Below are positions 10,679 through 20,141 of a stretch of DNA of 64,000 nt, piece by piece. A program made the position numbers and the translations under genes. Numbering within the stretch: position 1 is the stretch's first letter; every line of letters begins with the position of its first letter. The stretch covers positions 1 to 64,000 of the forward strand of contig CAWENF010000001.1 of the NCBI GenBank assembly GCA_963810275.1, written 5' to 3'. This DNA is from an uncultured archaeon. GTDB lineage: Archaea > Thermoproteota > Bathyarchaeia > Bathyarchaeales > Bathycorpusculaceae. The notes beneath the pieces are model-generated. The model was not told the DNA's origin. It worked only from the letters and a program-made list of their open reading frames with translations, and did no database searches.

Positions 10679-10927
10679 GTGGAGATTCAGACTTTGCCAC
10701 AAGCTTATGTACTAATCAACGTCGAGTCAGGCGCAGAAGAAGAAGTTGTTGACCTGCTCAAAACCATTGACGGCGTAGTTGAAGCCTACTACTCATATGG
10801 CGTCTACGACATCATCACAAAAGTTAGCGCTGACTCGATGGAGAACCTAAAAGAAATGGTTACCCGCCAAATCCGAACACTCAACAAAGTTCGCTCAACG
10901 TTGACTTTGATTATGATGGAAGAATAG
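10679..10927 (+). CDS. Stand-alone Lrp/AsnC ligand-binding (RAM) domain protein
   Basis: AYVLIN, YGVYDII, IRTLNKVRSTLTLI; no HTH. Confidence 0.88.
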   Translation: MEIQTLPQAYVLINVESGAEEEVVDLLKTIDGVVEAYYSYGVYDIITKVSADSMENLKEMVTRQIRTLNKVRSTLTLIMMEE

Positions 10928-11001
10928 CCGCAGCCTTTCTCCACAATAGTTTTTCATTTTATACGCCACTTTTATTAAAGGAGATACCACCTGCATTTTT
11001 C

Positions 11002-11688
11002 ATGAATCGATATCTGGCTTCGGTAACATCCGCCTTAATCCTTGTCTTGTGCTTCTCTGTTTATGTTTCTGCCGAGGTGGCGGTTGGCGTTAAAGGCGGC
11101 GACTGGGTGGAATACCTCGTATCCTACACAGGTGAACCCATGAAAGGGCACGACGTGGTCTGGGCACGTATGGAAATCCAAGACGTTCAAGGTGCCTCCA
11201 TCAAAATTTCGATGGTGTCGCATTTTTCCGACAATACCTCAGAGACCTCAAACAGCACAATGAATATGCAGACGGGACACTTAATAGACGATTTCATAAT
11301 CCCAGCGGGACTAGCCGCTGGCGATACTTTTCAAGACGAGATTTTTGGCTCCGTAACCATTGACTCATCGGAAACCCGTACTTACCTCGGAACTGAACGC
11401 ACTGTAATCATTTCAACTTTGGGTAATAGCATATACGTTTGGGACCAGGCCACTGGAGTAAGCATGGAGGGGGAAACACAAACCGAAAACTACACGGTTC
11501 GCACAATTGTCGCCGACACCAACCTCTGGAAAACCTCACAACCAACCCCAACGGTCACTCATAACTTCGATTTCGCTTCTATAGTGCTCGTTTTGGGAGT
11601 AGGTGTGATTGTTTTTATCACCTTGTTGACGTTTACCGCAAGATACCTGCGCCGTAAGGCTTGTCAAATGCGCAATTCTGAGGCTTAA
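11002..11688 (+). CDS. Secreted/membrane-anchored hypothetical protein
   Basis: Signal peptide, VGVKGGDWVEY start of mature domain, C-terminal TM plus RRK. Confidence 0.75.
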   Translation: MNRYLASVTSALILVLCFSVYVSAEVAVGVKGGDWVEYLVSYTGEPMKGHDVVWARMEIQDVQGASIKISMVSHFSDNTSETSNSTMNMQTGHLIDDFIIPAGLAAGDTFQDEIFGSVTIDSSETRTYLGTERTVIISTLGNSIYVWDQATGVSMEGETQTENYTVRTIVADTNLWKTSQPTPTVTHNFDFASIVLVLGVGVIVFITLLTFTARYLRRKACQMRNSEA

Positions 11689-11744
11689 ACTTTTTTTGGT
11701 TAGCCTTAAATGGGCAGCTGACAGAGTTAAGGAAGGCAACCCCC

Positions 11745-12806
11745 ATGGAACCCACCCCTAAACCCCGACGATTCAACCCAATACTTATAGTTCTAGTTAC
11801 AGGTTTAGTGGCTTTTATTGTGTATCTGGCGATATTTGTGGATTTAAACCAGGTAATAGCGACTTTATCCCAAACGAATCTTGCAGTCTATTGGGTAGCG
11901 TTTGTCTGCTACATTCTATACGTTGCCTGCTCATCGTTAGTTTGGCGCAGCCTACTAGGCATGTTAAACGTGAACGTGCCCCACCGCAAGGCCTTCCTCT
12001 ACGCATGGGTAGGTTTGTTCTTTGATGCAACCATCCCGCAGCTAGGCTGGTCAGCTGAGGTCTCCAAAACATATCTGCTCTCAAAAGACCAAAACGTAGA
12101 CTCCGGGCGCATAGGCGCATCTGTTGTGGGACAAAAGATCTTCACAATGACCATTACCATCATAGCTCTAAGTTCCGGATTGATTTGGTTGTTGGTTCGC
12201 TATGCTTTTCCGCTTTTGGAGGCGGTGCTCATTGGCTTGGTTTTGGCTTTGTCGATTTTAACTTTGGTTGTGGTGTTCTACGTAAGTTTTCGATCTTCTG
12301 CCACCAAAACGTTGCTAAGGTGGGCGGTGAAAATTATGCGGTTTTTCCGCAAAAGCTGGAACCCTGATGGCTTCATCTTTAAAGCGGAGGCGATGTTGGG
12401 TAGCTTCCACCAAAGCTTCAGCCAACTCCAGAAGCATCCAAGAAAGCTATTGGCTCCTGCCGTGTATGCTGTGGTGGGGTTTGTTTTTGAGGTGTCTGTG
12501 ATGTTTGTGGCGTTTGCAGCATTGGGACAGTCTGTTTCAGTGGATGTGGTTTTAATCGTTTTTACCCTGACGGGAACTTTGCAGACGGTTGGGGCAGCTT
12601 TTTTTGGGTTTCCCGAGTTAATTATGACTGTCACCTTGACAGCGATGAGCATTGACCCTGCGGTGGCGGTTTCTGTGACACTGCTAACACGGTTGGTAAA
12701 CCTATGGTTCCGACTCGTCGTGTCATATGTGGCGTTGCAGGTTGCAGGTGTAAAAATCATGCGTCAAAACAAATCCGCCGCCAAACACAGTTTGCCATTC
12801 AATTGA
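11745..12806 (+). CDS. Flippase-like UPF0104 / LPG-synthase TM-domain protein
   Basis: Multi-TM; WRSLL, GLFFDATIP, LLTRLVNLWF. Confidence 0.8.
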   Translation: MEPTPKPRRFNPILIVLVTGLVAFIVYLAIFVDLNQVIATLSQTNLAVYWVAFVCYILYVACSSLVWRSLLGMLNVNVPHRKAFLYAWVGLFFDATIPQLGWSAEVSKTYLLSKDQNVDSGRIGASVVGQKIFTMTITIIALSSGLIWLLVRYAFPLLEAVLIGLVLALSILTLVVVFYVSFRSSATKTLLRWAVKIMRFFRKSWNPDGFIFKAEAMLGSFHQSFSQLQKHPRKLLAPAVYAVVGFVFEVSVMFVAFAALGQSVSVDVVLIVFTLTGTLQTVGAAFFGFPELIMTVTLTAMSIDPAVAVSVTLLTRLVNLWFRLVVSYVALQVAGVKIMRQNKSAAKHSLPFN

Positions 12807-12897
12807 TGTTTAAACTTTAGTCTTAATTGGTAATAACTTCTTGCATGTTGATGGGAAAGATTTTAATTCGAACTTCGCTTAATCTTGTTATCAGAGG

Positions 12898-13143
12898 ATG
12901 GATATGCCTACAGCGTTTGTGTTGATAAATACCGAGATAGGCTCCGAATCGGATGTTTTGAAGGAAATGAAAAAGGTTGAAGGCGTAGAAGAATCTTCAG
13001 CCGTTTATGGAGTCTACGACATAGTAGCCAGAGTCAAAGCTGACACGATGGATAAACTAAAAGAGATAGTGACGTGGAGGATTCGGCGCCTCGACAAGGT
13101 ACGTTCAACTCTTACCATGATTGTCGTCGAGGAAAAACAATAA
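12898..13143 (+). CDS. Stand-alone Lrp/AsnC ligand-binding (RAM) domain protein
   Basis: AFVLINTEIG, VYGVYDIV, IRRLDKVRSTLTMIV. Confidence 0.9.
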   Translation: MDMPTAFVLINTEIGSESDVLKEMKKVEGVEESSAVYGVYDIVARVKADTMDKLKEIVTWRIRRLDKVRSTLTMIVVEEKQ

Positions 13144-13589
13144 TTCCCTTCTCTTCTTTAGGATAAACTTGTTTTATAATTCTGAGTATCTTGCTTTTTA
13201 GTTGATATCTTCGGGTTTTTTGGGAGATTAACTGTTGATTTAGAATCTGTTGTACAGGTAGTCTATGGCTAAACTCAGAATGAGAAACCAGCGTTTTAAG
13301 GGTTATACCATTGAGGCGAAAGCAGGAAAAACAGGGCCGTAACAGTCAAAACGCCACTAGCTTACATCTGCTAATTTAAGTCGAACCATGCAAACAGAAC
13401 AACATCAAATGACTTTGCGCGACTATCCCATTTATGTCACGTTTGACCTTAAAGGTTTTCAAGCCCGAAAAATTGTACATATATCGCCAGGTCCGAAACT
13501 CAGCTAACCAGCACCTTAAAAAAACAAAAATGGACCCAATCTTTAACAGCAAGACCTACAGCCTAGACTTGTTGGAGAATACAATTTTT

Positions 13590-13712
13590 ATGTCTAAAGA
13601 ACTTGTAAACAAATGTCCTTATTGTGGCAGCAGCAACATTGATCAAAGCTCTGAGAAAGAATCAAAATGCCTCGAATGCGGAATGGGCAAATACGTAGAG
13701 GGTAAACATTAA
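13590..13712 (+). CDS. Small zinc-ribbon protein (TFIIB-ribbon-like)
   Basis: MSKELVNKCPYCGSSNI...CLECGMG; ATG after GGAG (ORF track starts at 13434). Confidence 0.6.
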   Translation: MSKELVNKCPYCGSSNIDQSSEKESKCLECGMGKYVEGKH

Positions 13713-13764
13713 ACAATCTTTCCTACAACCCCTTCTTGGAAAAAAATTTTCGAGGTGACAAAAT

Positions 13765-13932
13765 ATGACAACAAAAAAATCCAAAAAATATGACTTAGCA
13801 AACAAAATAAACCTAAAACACAAACCGACAGAGGTTAAAAAGAAAAATCAAAAAATTAACAAAGGAACTGATACATTTTTCCCCATTCCAAATGAAGAGA
13901 AATTAAAAACCCTGACTTCTAACAGTAAATAG
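13765..13932 (+). CDS. Small Lys-rich protein (55 aa, not in ORF track)
   Basis: GAGGTGA Shine-Dalgarno, then MTTKKSKKYDLANKINLKHKPTEVKKKNQK...TSNSK*. Confidence 0.45.
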   Translation: MTTKKSKKYDLANKINLKHKPTEVKKKNQKINKGTDTFFPIPNEEKLKTLTSNSK

Positions 13933-14173
13933 TTGGCATGTTTCTTTTCTGCAAAATTTACTGTGAGACCTAAGGCCTAACCCAACTTCAACTTCTTAAA
14001 AACTGTCTGTTTAGTTTTCTCTGTTTTAACAGTTCGACTGTGGTTTACACACAGCCCTTTCGAAAACCATCTGCATAGCAAAAAACCAAACATAGCCACC
14101 CACGCACTAAATTAGAAGTATTTGTGCACGCAAACGCACCCGCCAATACTTTAGGCAAAAAAACAGAAATGTG

Positions 14174-14328
14174 TGGTCGGGAGAGCAGGATTTGAACCTG
14201 CGACAGCTCGGTATCTGTGGCCTAGACAGGCTAGAATGAAGCCCACCATGGGTAGACCTCTACAGCTTCTCCGTCCGCTGAAACAAGCCAGCGGGCTCGA
14301 GAGCTCTGCCAGGCTGAGCTACCTCCCG
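14174..14328 (-). tRNA. tRNA-Tyr(GTA) with two introns (30/31: 14267-14297; 37/38: 14213-14259) and encoded CCA
   Basis: C1:G72 and A73 identity; D arm TAGCTCAGCCTGGCAGAGC; T loop GGTTCAAATCC; spliced anticodon arm CTCGG-CTGTAGA-CCGAG; BHB motifs at both introns; mature length 77 nt. Confidence 0.93.
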
Positions 14329-14455
14329 ATACAGAACCCATAGAATTAGAGAAAGAGCATTTATGCTTTTTGGAAGACAGCGCCTCAAGACATCGTAACC
14401 CTAAACATATTAATTCCTTCGACAGATGAAAATACATTATTAGAGGCATAAAACG

Positions 14456-15421
14456 ATGACCAACACCATCGGCATAGTAACTTCCGGCGGAGATGCCCCC
14501 GGTATGAACGCAGCAATACGCGCAGTCACCCGCATAGCCCACTACAATACCTTCAATGTTTTGGGTTTTGAGCATGGCTGGGATGGCGTAATCGCCAATA
14601 ACTACAGACATCTAGGCCCCAGAAATGTCGGTGGCATCATCCAACTTGGAGGTACTATTCTACATACACTACGCTGTCCCGCCTTCGAGGAGATAGAAAA
14701 ACAGCAGCAAGCTGCAGAAACCCTGCGCAAAAACAACATAGATGCTTTATTTGTCATAGGCGGTGACGGCTCTTTCCGAGGCGCCTTAGCTCTAAGTAAA
14801 GTAAGCGGCATTCCCATGTTCGGGTTACCCGCCACGATTGATAATGACGTGTACGGAACTGATGAAACCATCGGCTTTGACACAGCAGTAAATACAGCAG
14901 TTCAATCCATAGACAAAATTCGCGACACCGCCGTAAGCCATGAACGCATTTTCATTGTCGAAGTCATGGGGCGAAAACGTGGCTTTCTCGCTCTCGAAGT
15001 CGGCATTACTGTTGGCGCTGAAGTCATCCTAATACCAGAAAAACCACTAAGTGTCAGTGATGTCGTGCGCGTTATGGATCAGAATCAACGCAAAGGAAAA
15101 CGTGCAGGCATTATCGTCACTGCCGAAGGGCATGGAGACTCCACAAAATTCACAGCAGATATCAAGAAACAAACAGACTCAGAAGTACGCCTCTCCATAG
15201 TCGGGTATTCGCAGCGCGGCGGAAGCCCAACCGCAAGAAGTCGACTTCTAGCAAGTCTATTTGCCGAGAAAGCAATGGACCTGTTTTGTGAAGGCAAAAG
15301 AAACATGGCTGTGGGTTTGCAAAACGGTTCTATCAGCGGCATAGAATTGGAACAATCAGCCACCCAAAAGAAGCGGCTGGATCTGCGGCTGCTTAAGGTG
15401 GCAGAGATGCTTGCAATTTAG
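14456..15421 (+). CDS. pfkA: ATP-dependent 6-phosphofructokinase (PfkA family)
   Basis: TSGGDAPGMNAAIR, IGGDGS, PATIDND, VEVMGR, QRGG. Confidence 0.95.
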   Translation: MTNTIGIVTSGGDAPGMNAAIRAVTRIAHYNTFNVLGFEHGWDGVIANNYRHLGPRNVGGIIQLGGTILHTLRCPAFEEIEKQQQAAETLRKNNIDALFVIGGDGSFRGALALSKVSGIPMFGLPATIDNDVYGTDETIGFDTAVNTAVQSIDKIRDTAVSHERIFIVEVMGRKRGFLALEVGITVGAEVILIPEKPLSVSDVVRVMDQNQRKGKRAGIIVTAEGHGDSTKFTADIKKQTDSEVRLSIVGYSQRGGSPTARSRLLASLFAEKAMDLFCEGKRNMAVGLQNGSISGIELEQSATQKKRLDLRLLKVAEMLAI

Positions 15422-16664
15422 CGGCAACCGTCAATTGGTAGATTTTTAAGGTTTGCTCGGCTACTTTGCGCCATGTAAAGTATTCAAGCACCCTTTGCCT
15501 CCCGTTTTCACCCCAGCTTCTGGCTAAATCGGGGTTTTTCAATATCTCTTTTATGCCCCACGCAATATCAGCAGGGTCTTCGCCGTTTACGTGGATACCG
15601 TTTTGGTCCAACCCGCCATTTATCACTTGTTCCTTGAACCCAACTACGCCACGAGCGCCGACCACCAGGGGTTTAGCCATAGACATTGCCTCCAGACTCA
15701 CGATTCCAAACGGTTCATACACTGACGGAAACACACACAGGTCTGCAGCAGCGTAGTGCAATATGCGTTCTTCTTCGGGTACGAAATCAAAGCGGTAAAT
15801 TACATTGTCTCTTATGTTTAGGCGTTCGGCGTTTTCGGCGATGTCGTTTTGCTCTTCGCCTTTGCCTAAAATTACTAGTTTGGTATTGGGGTAATCTCTG
15901 AGAATCATGGGCATAGCTTGGATGAGGTTTCGAACCCCCTTAACCCAAGCAAGGCGCCCGATGAAGAGAATCATGTTCCAGCTGTCAGGTATACTGTATT
16001 TGGCTCTGATTTGTGAAATGTCGTTTTGATTGACGTTTTGGGGGTTGTAGCGCTGCGGTTCCACGCCGTTCCAGACTACACTGATTTTGCTTGATTGCCA
16101 ACCGTGCCGTGCAAGGTCGTCTTGCATAGCGTAACTCACCGTCACAATGTGGTCAGCGTTTTGTGCCATAGCACGCTCGAAGTGGCTGACAACTTCAGAG
16201 CCCCCACCTGCACTTCTCCCCCACTCCGTACTATGCACATGGAAAACAACAGGAATGTCAGTTTCACTTTTTATTATAAGCCCCGCGGGGCTGCTTAACC
16301 AGTCATGCACGCAAGCAACGTCAAAATGAACGTTATTTTTCCTAACAAGGTCATTGATGAATTTGGTCGCGCTAAGCACATTGTAAATGAATATGTCGTT
16401 GAAGAGTTTGATGTTGGTGCCCCATTTTTTGAGGTCATCAGCTACAAAAAACGGCCAAATGTTGGAAGCGTCGGCGATTTGGGGGCGGTGAACTTCGACC
16501 CCATGTAGCACTTCATAGGTTTTGAGGTTGCCACTGCTGTTTAGCGTGAACACGGACACGTCATGTCCCATATCCACGTATTGCCTAGTCATATACTGTG
16601 CATAGGTGCCCAATCCACCTACTATTTGTGGAGGATACTCGTAAACAAAAAAAGCAATTCTCAA
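15393..16664 (-). CDS. GT4/GT-B glycosyltransferase, probable glycogen synthase
   Basis: EYPPQIVGGLG, HDW, HVHSTE, PSVYEPFGIVSLEAM. Confidence 0.88.
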   Translation of the reverse strand: MRIAFFVYEYPPQIVGGLGTYAQYMTRQYVDMGHDVSVFTLNSSGNLKTYEVLHGVEVHRPQIADASNIWPFFVADDLKKWGTNIKLFNDIFIYNVLSATKFINDLVRKNNVHFDVACVHDWLSSPAGLIIKSETDIPVVFHVHSTEWGRSAGGGSEVVSHFERAMAQNADHIVTVSYAMQDDLARHGWQSSKISVVWNGVEPQRYNPQNVNQNDISQIRAKYSIPDSWNMILFIGRLAWVKGVRNLIQAMPMILRDYPNTKLVILGKGEEQNDIAENAERLNIRDNVIYRFDFVPEEERILHYAAADLCVFPSVYEPFGIVSLEAMSMAKPLVVGARGVVGFKEQVINGGLDQNGIHVNGEDPADIAWGIKEILKNPDLARSWGENGRQRVLEYFTWRKVAEQTLKIYQLTVAAKLQASLPP

Positions 16665-16745
16665 AATAATTCACCTTAAATAGTCATTTATGAGCCGGAT
16701 TGCTATTTATACTTTAAATCTGTATAAGCTCGCAGATGATCAACT

Positions 16746-17039
16746 ATGACAAAAACCGTCGAGTTGCCTCTGCGAGTCTACGAAGACCTCATAAAAGTCT
16801 CTGAGGAGTTGTCATTGATGGCTAAGAAACCCATATCCGTGTCGATGACCGTTGATTTTTTGATTGAAATTTACCGAGCCCACCTAAGCAATCCTTGTGC
16901 CCTAGACAGGTTTAGCGTCCAGATGCGCACTTCCAACTTGATGTCACCTGAAGAGTTTATGCACTACTGGGATGAACCCCAAGTGCCCACCGAAATAGAA
17001 CCCAAAGCCAAGGCAAGAAAACCTAACACCCTAAAATAA
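16746..17039 (+). CDS. Hypothetical protein with RHH-like N-terminus
   Basis: MTKTVELPLRVYEDL beta-alpha pattern. Confidence 0.65.
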   Translation: MTKTVELPLRVYEDLIKVSEELSLMAKKPISVSMTVDFLIEIYRAHLSNPCALDRFSVQMRTSNLMSPEEFMHYWDEPQVPTEIEPKAKARKPNTLK

Positions 17040-17118
17040 CTCTCCAGTTCTAACTGTTACGACACTGCTGCCAAAATTTTTAAGCCACACAGCCATTGCT
17101 TACAAAAGGAAACAGAGC

Positions 17119-17520
17119 TTGCATGAATTAGTGGCTATGTGGAAAAATCCCAAAATGCTAACTTACATAGCCTTTATCGCTATCATTTATCCAGTTGCTA
17201 TGGAGTTCTGCCCTTTTGTTATGACCACCCTCATATTTGCTACTGATGCTTTGTGGGCTGTCGTTTTAGGACCCCTGATTCTGGTTTTTTGTTATGGGTT
17301 CTTTAATGAACGTAAACTGCTTTATCAAGATCTACAACATATGCCGCTTAAAGCTCGATGGAGCAAAAGCCGAAATTTGTCCATGCTGGTCTTTGCCTTC
17401 AGCGCCGTTTTATGCCTTGCCGTACCGTTTCTGTTTAGTTTTGATGTGTGGGTTTTGTTGCCTTTCATATTGGTTTCGGCTGGTGCGCTTTTGTTTGCCT
17501 GCCGATTACTTCTCTTTTAA
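17119..17520 (+). CDS. Membrane protein, possibly an internally truncated QueT-like transporter
   Basis: Hydrophobic; N-terminus ELVAMWKNPKML recalls QueT-family starts but the ORF is short. Confidence 0.4.
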   Translation: MHELVAMWKNPKMLTYIAFIAIIYPVAMEFCPFVMTTLIFATDALWAVVLGPLILVFCYGFFNERKLLYQDLQHMPLKARWSKSRNLSMLVFAFSAVLCLAVPFLFSFDVWVLLPFILVSAGALLFACRLLLF

Positions 17521-17626
17521 AGCCAGTCTGTGAGTTCCAAAGTAAATCAACTCAAACATTTGGTGCATTCGTCGTAATGAAATTTATTTTTAAAAAAAGT
17601 GGTTTAAATTACAGAGGGCATCGCCT

Positions 17627-18062
17627 CTAAATTGGACTGCTCATGACTTCGACTTTAGGCATCAACACTTTATCGATGGCGTGACAAACTCCATTGTCTA
17701 CAACAATGTCGGTTTTAATGATGTTTGCACCGTTAACTTTGAGTTTTCAGCGAAGATGCCACCTGCTATTGTATATACACAGCCCGTCGCCTGAAAGTGC
17801 TTGGAGATACTAGTGCTGCGCCAAATCAGATACCATCATTTTTTCCTCAACCACATGGAAAGCTAAAGCTGCCTTGAGTTTCTCCGGATCTTTAAAGCGC
17901 ATCTAGCTGTTCTTTGGGATTTTGGCAAAAGCATCATCCGTGGGTGCAAAAAAGTGAATGGTCCAGGGCTGTTGAGAGTGTCAACCAGATTAGCTGCTTG
18001 ACAGCTTCGACTAGTTTGTTGAACATACCTGAAGATACAGCTGTTTTTACGATATCTGGCAA
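17627..18062 (-). pseudogene. Fasciclin (FAS1) domain protein, degraded
   Basis: Fragments across frames: PDIVKTAVSSGMFNKLVEAV / AANLVDTLNSPGPFT / APTDDAFAKIP / KVNGANIIKTDIVVDNGVCHAIDKVLMP; several frameshifts and a stop. Confidence 0.8.
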
Positions 18063-18171
18063 ACTCTATCATCTCCATGATTTTATTAACGAAAGTTACT
18101 TAGAAAGAACTTTTTAGCTTGGGTACTGCCCTATCGTTTGCGAATATATACCTAAATATGCAGTTTTGTTT

Positions 18172-19449
18172 TTAACCCTTGATCTTTTCAGCCAGCTTTT
18201 CAATTGAAACAGTGCTTTGCTGTCGGCTGGCTAACTTCTTTAGCATAACTGCGCCCACTTCTAGTTCCCGCTCGCCTACGATGACTGCGTAGTCGACGCT
18301 GCGTTTATCCGCATCCTCCAGCGCTTTGCCCATTTTGCGTCCCATGACCTCAAACTCGACGGGGATATCTTCTGCTCGAAGTTGCTGGGCAATTTTGAGC
18401 GCTGCTGGTTTTTGTTTGTCGCTTATGGCAGTAACCGCCACGGTATTGCAGGTTTTGGCGTTTAGCGGGGCGTTTTGAGTTTGCAGCGCAATTGCTATTC
18501 GGTCGATGCCTGCTGCGCAGCCCACCGCTGGGGTTTTTTCGCCCCCAAAAACCTGAATTAAGCGGTCATAGCGTCCTCCACCGCCTAAGGCTATGTCGAG
18601 TTCAGGTATGTAGATTTCAAAAATCATACCCGTATAATATTCGAGTCCACGCGCAAAGGCTGGTTCCACGTTGATTTGGATATCGGGTGAGCTTTCGGCT
18701 ATCAAGCCAAGTATTTCTGCAAGGTTCTCGGATGCAGCTGTAGCCTCTGGATAATTTGCGGTGTATTCTTTGATTTTTTCAGTGGTTTCCCGCCAGTCAA
18801 CGCCCTTAAGCTCTATCAATCCCAAAAGCATTTTACGACACTGCTCCGACTCAACGAGCTCTAAAGCTTTATCGTACTCTTTTTTATCCATACGCTGAAA
18901 AACGGCGTTCTGAGTTTTTTCATCCAACCCCTCCTGTGAGAGAATACCGCGAATAACGCCTATATGACCGATTTTGAACGCGTAATCCTTCAAGCACATC
19001 GCTGTCACCATCGAATTCATTAAAAGCACAATTTCAGCGTCTGCTTCAGCCCTCGAGGAACCCATCAACTCATAGTTGGATTGCCAAAACTCTCGGTACC
19101 TGCCCTTCTGGGGTTCATCATAGCGGTATACCGTACCCACTGAGAACAACCTGAGGGGTTTAGGTTCATTTTTCAATGCGGTGGTAGCGAGGCGGGCAAT
19201 TGAGGCCGTGAATTCGGGACGCAATGCGACTTGGCGGTCGCCGAGGTCCCTGAAGATGAACATGCGTTGGCGGATTTCTTCACCTGACTTGGCGCTCAAC
19301 AGTTCCAGCGGCTCCACGTGAGGCGTAATTACTTCCCGATAACCATACAGTTGAGCTGCATTTCGGGCTTTTTGGATAATTGTTGTGAAGGCTTGAGCTT
19401 CTTCTCCGATTAAATCTCGCATTCCACGAACCGGGTGAAACGATGGCAT
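18172..19449 (-). CDS. hisS: Histidine--tRNA ligase
   Basis: PVRGMRD, LRPEFTA, YRYDEPQKGRYREF, RGLEYYTG, GGGRYD. Confidence 0.97.
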   Translation of the reverse strand: MPSFHPVRGMRDLIGEEAQAFTTIIQKARNAAQLYGYREVITPHVEPLELLSAKSGEEIRQRMFIFRDLGDRQVALRPEFTASIARLATTALKNEPKPLRLFSVGTVYRYDEPQKGRYREFWQSNYELMGSSRAEADAEIVLLMNSMVTAMCLKDYAFKIGHIGVIRGILSQEGLDEKTQNAVFQRMDKKEYDKALELVESEQCRKMLLGLIELKGVDWRETTEKIKEYTANYPEATAASENLAEILGLIAESSPDIQINVEPAFARGLEYYTGMIFEIYIPELDIALGGGGRYDRLIQVFGGEKTPAVGCAAGIDRIAIALQTQNAPLNAKTCNTVAVTAISDKQKPAALKIAQQLRAEDIPVEFEVMGRKMGKALEDADKRSVDYAVIVGERELEVGAVMLKKLASRQQSTVSIEKLAEKIKG

Positions 19450-20141
19450 ATAATGACCTCTTTGGTTAGCATTTAGATGCGTCTTTATTCTTTATGCTTT
19501 TCCTTAGAACAGTCTCTAGAGCCTCTTGTTTAATTGGTTAGAAAAAGTACTGAAATAAAATTGCTTGTATTTTGATGGAAGAGGTTCTAGCGGCCAAAGG
19601 CTGTAATTCAACAGCATAATGTGAGCTAACCCCCACATTTTTGTGTCAGGTCAATTAGGCGGTTGCCCAAGTTGACTCGACACTATTAGATCTCACAGTC
19701 TGCTTTTTTCATTCAAGTCCCAGTCCACTTGAACCTCTCCCGATTGCGGATGTTGCGTGTATATTGTTTCAGTGCCATTCCTTAAGCGTTTGTTTCTGAC
19801 ACATTATGCCTTATATCTCAATATTTGAGATATTGAATATAAGGGTTGTGTAGTAAAACATTATATTTAAAAACATAATAAACTTGCAAATGGGGCAACA
19901 AGTTCAAAATCATTGTCGATTAGACAAAGGAACTAAAATTGCACCTCCTGCTCTAACTTTGAGGGCTTAACATATATTTCCCAAACCATCACACAATGTG
20001 ACGAAAAACGATGGAAAAAGATTTGAATTTGGAGTGGGTAAGCGACTCCAGAATCTACACGTCCAAAGATTATTAAAAAGTTTGTTCAAGATTATGATTG
20101 TACTTCAGAAAAGGTCCTTTAATCACAGAAACTGTAATTAC

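Noticed and set aside
14231-14611. 126-aa minus-strand ORF
   Set aside because: Overlaps tRNA-Tyr and pfkA; spurious
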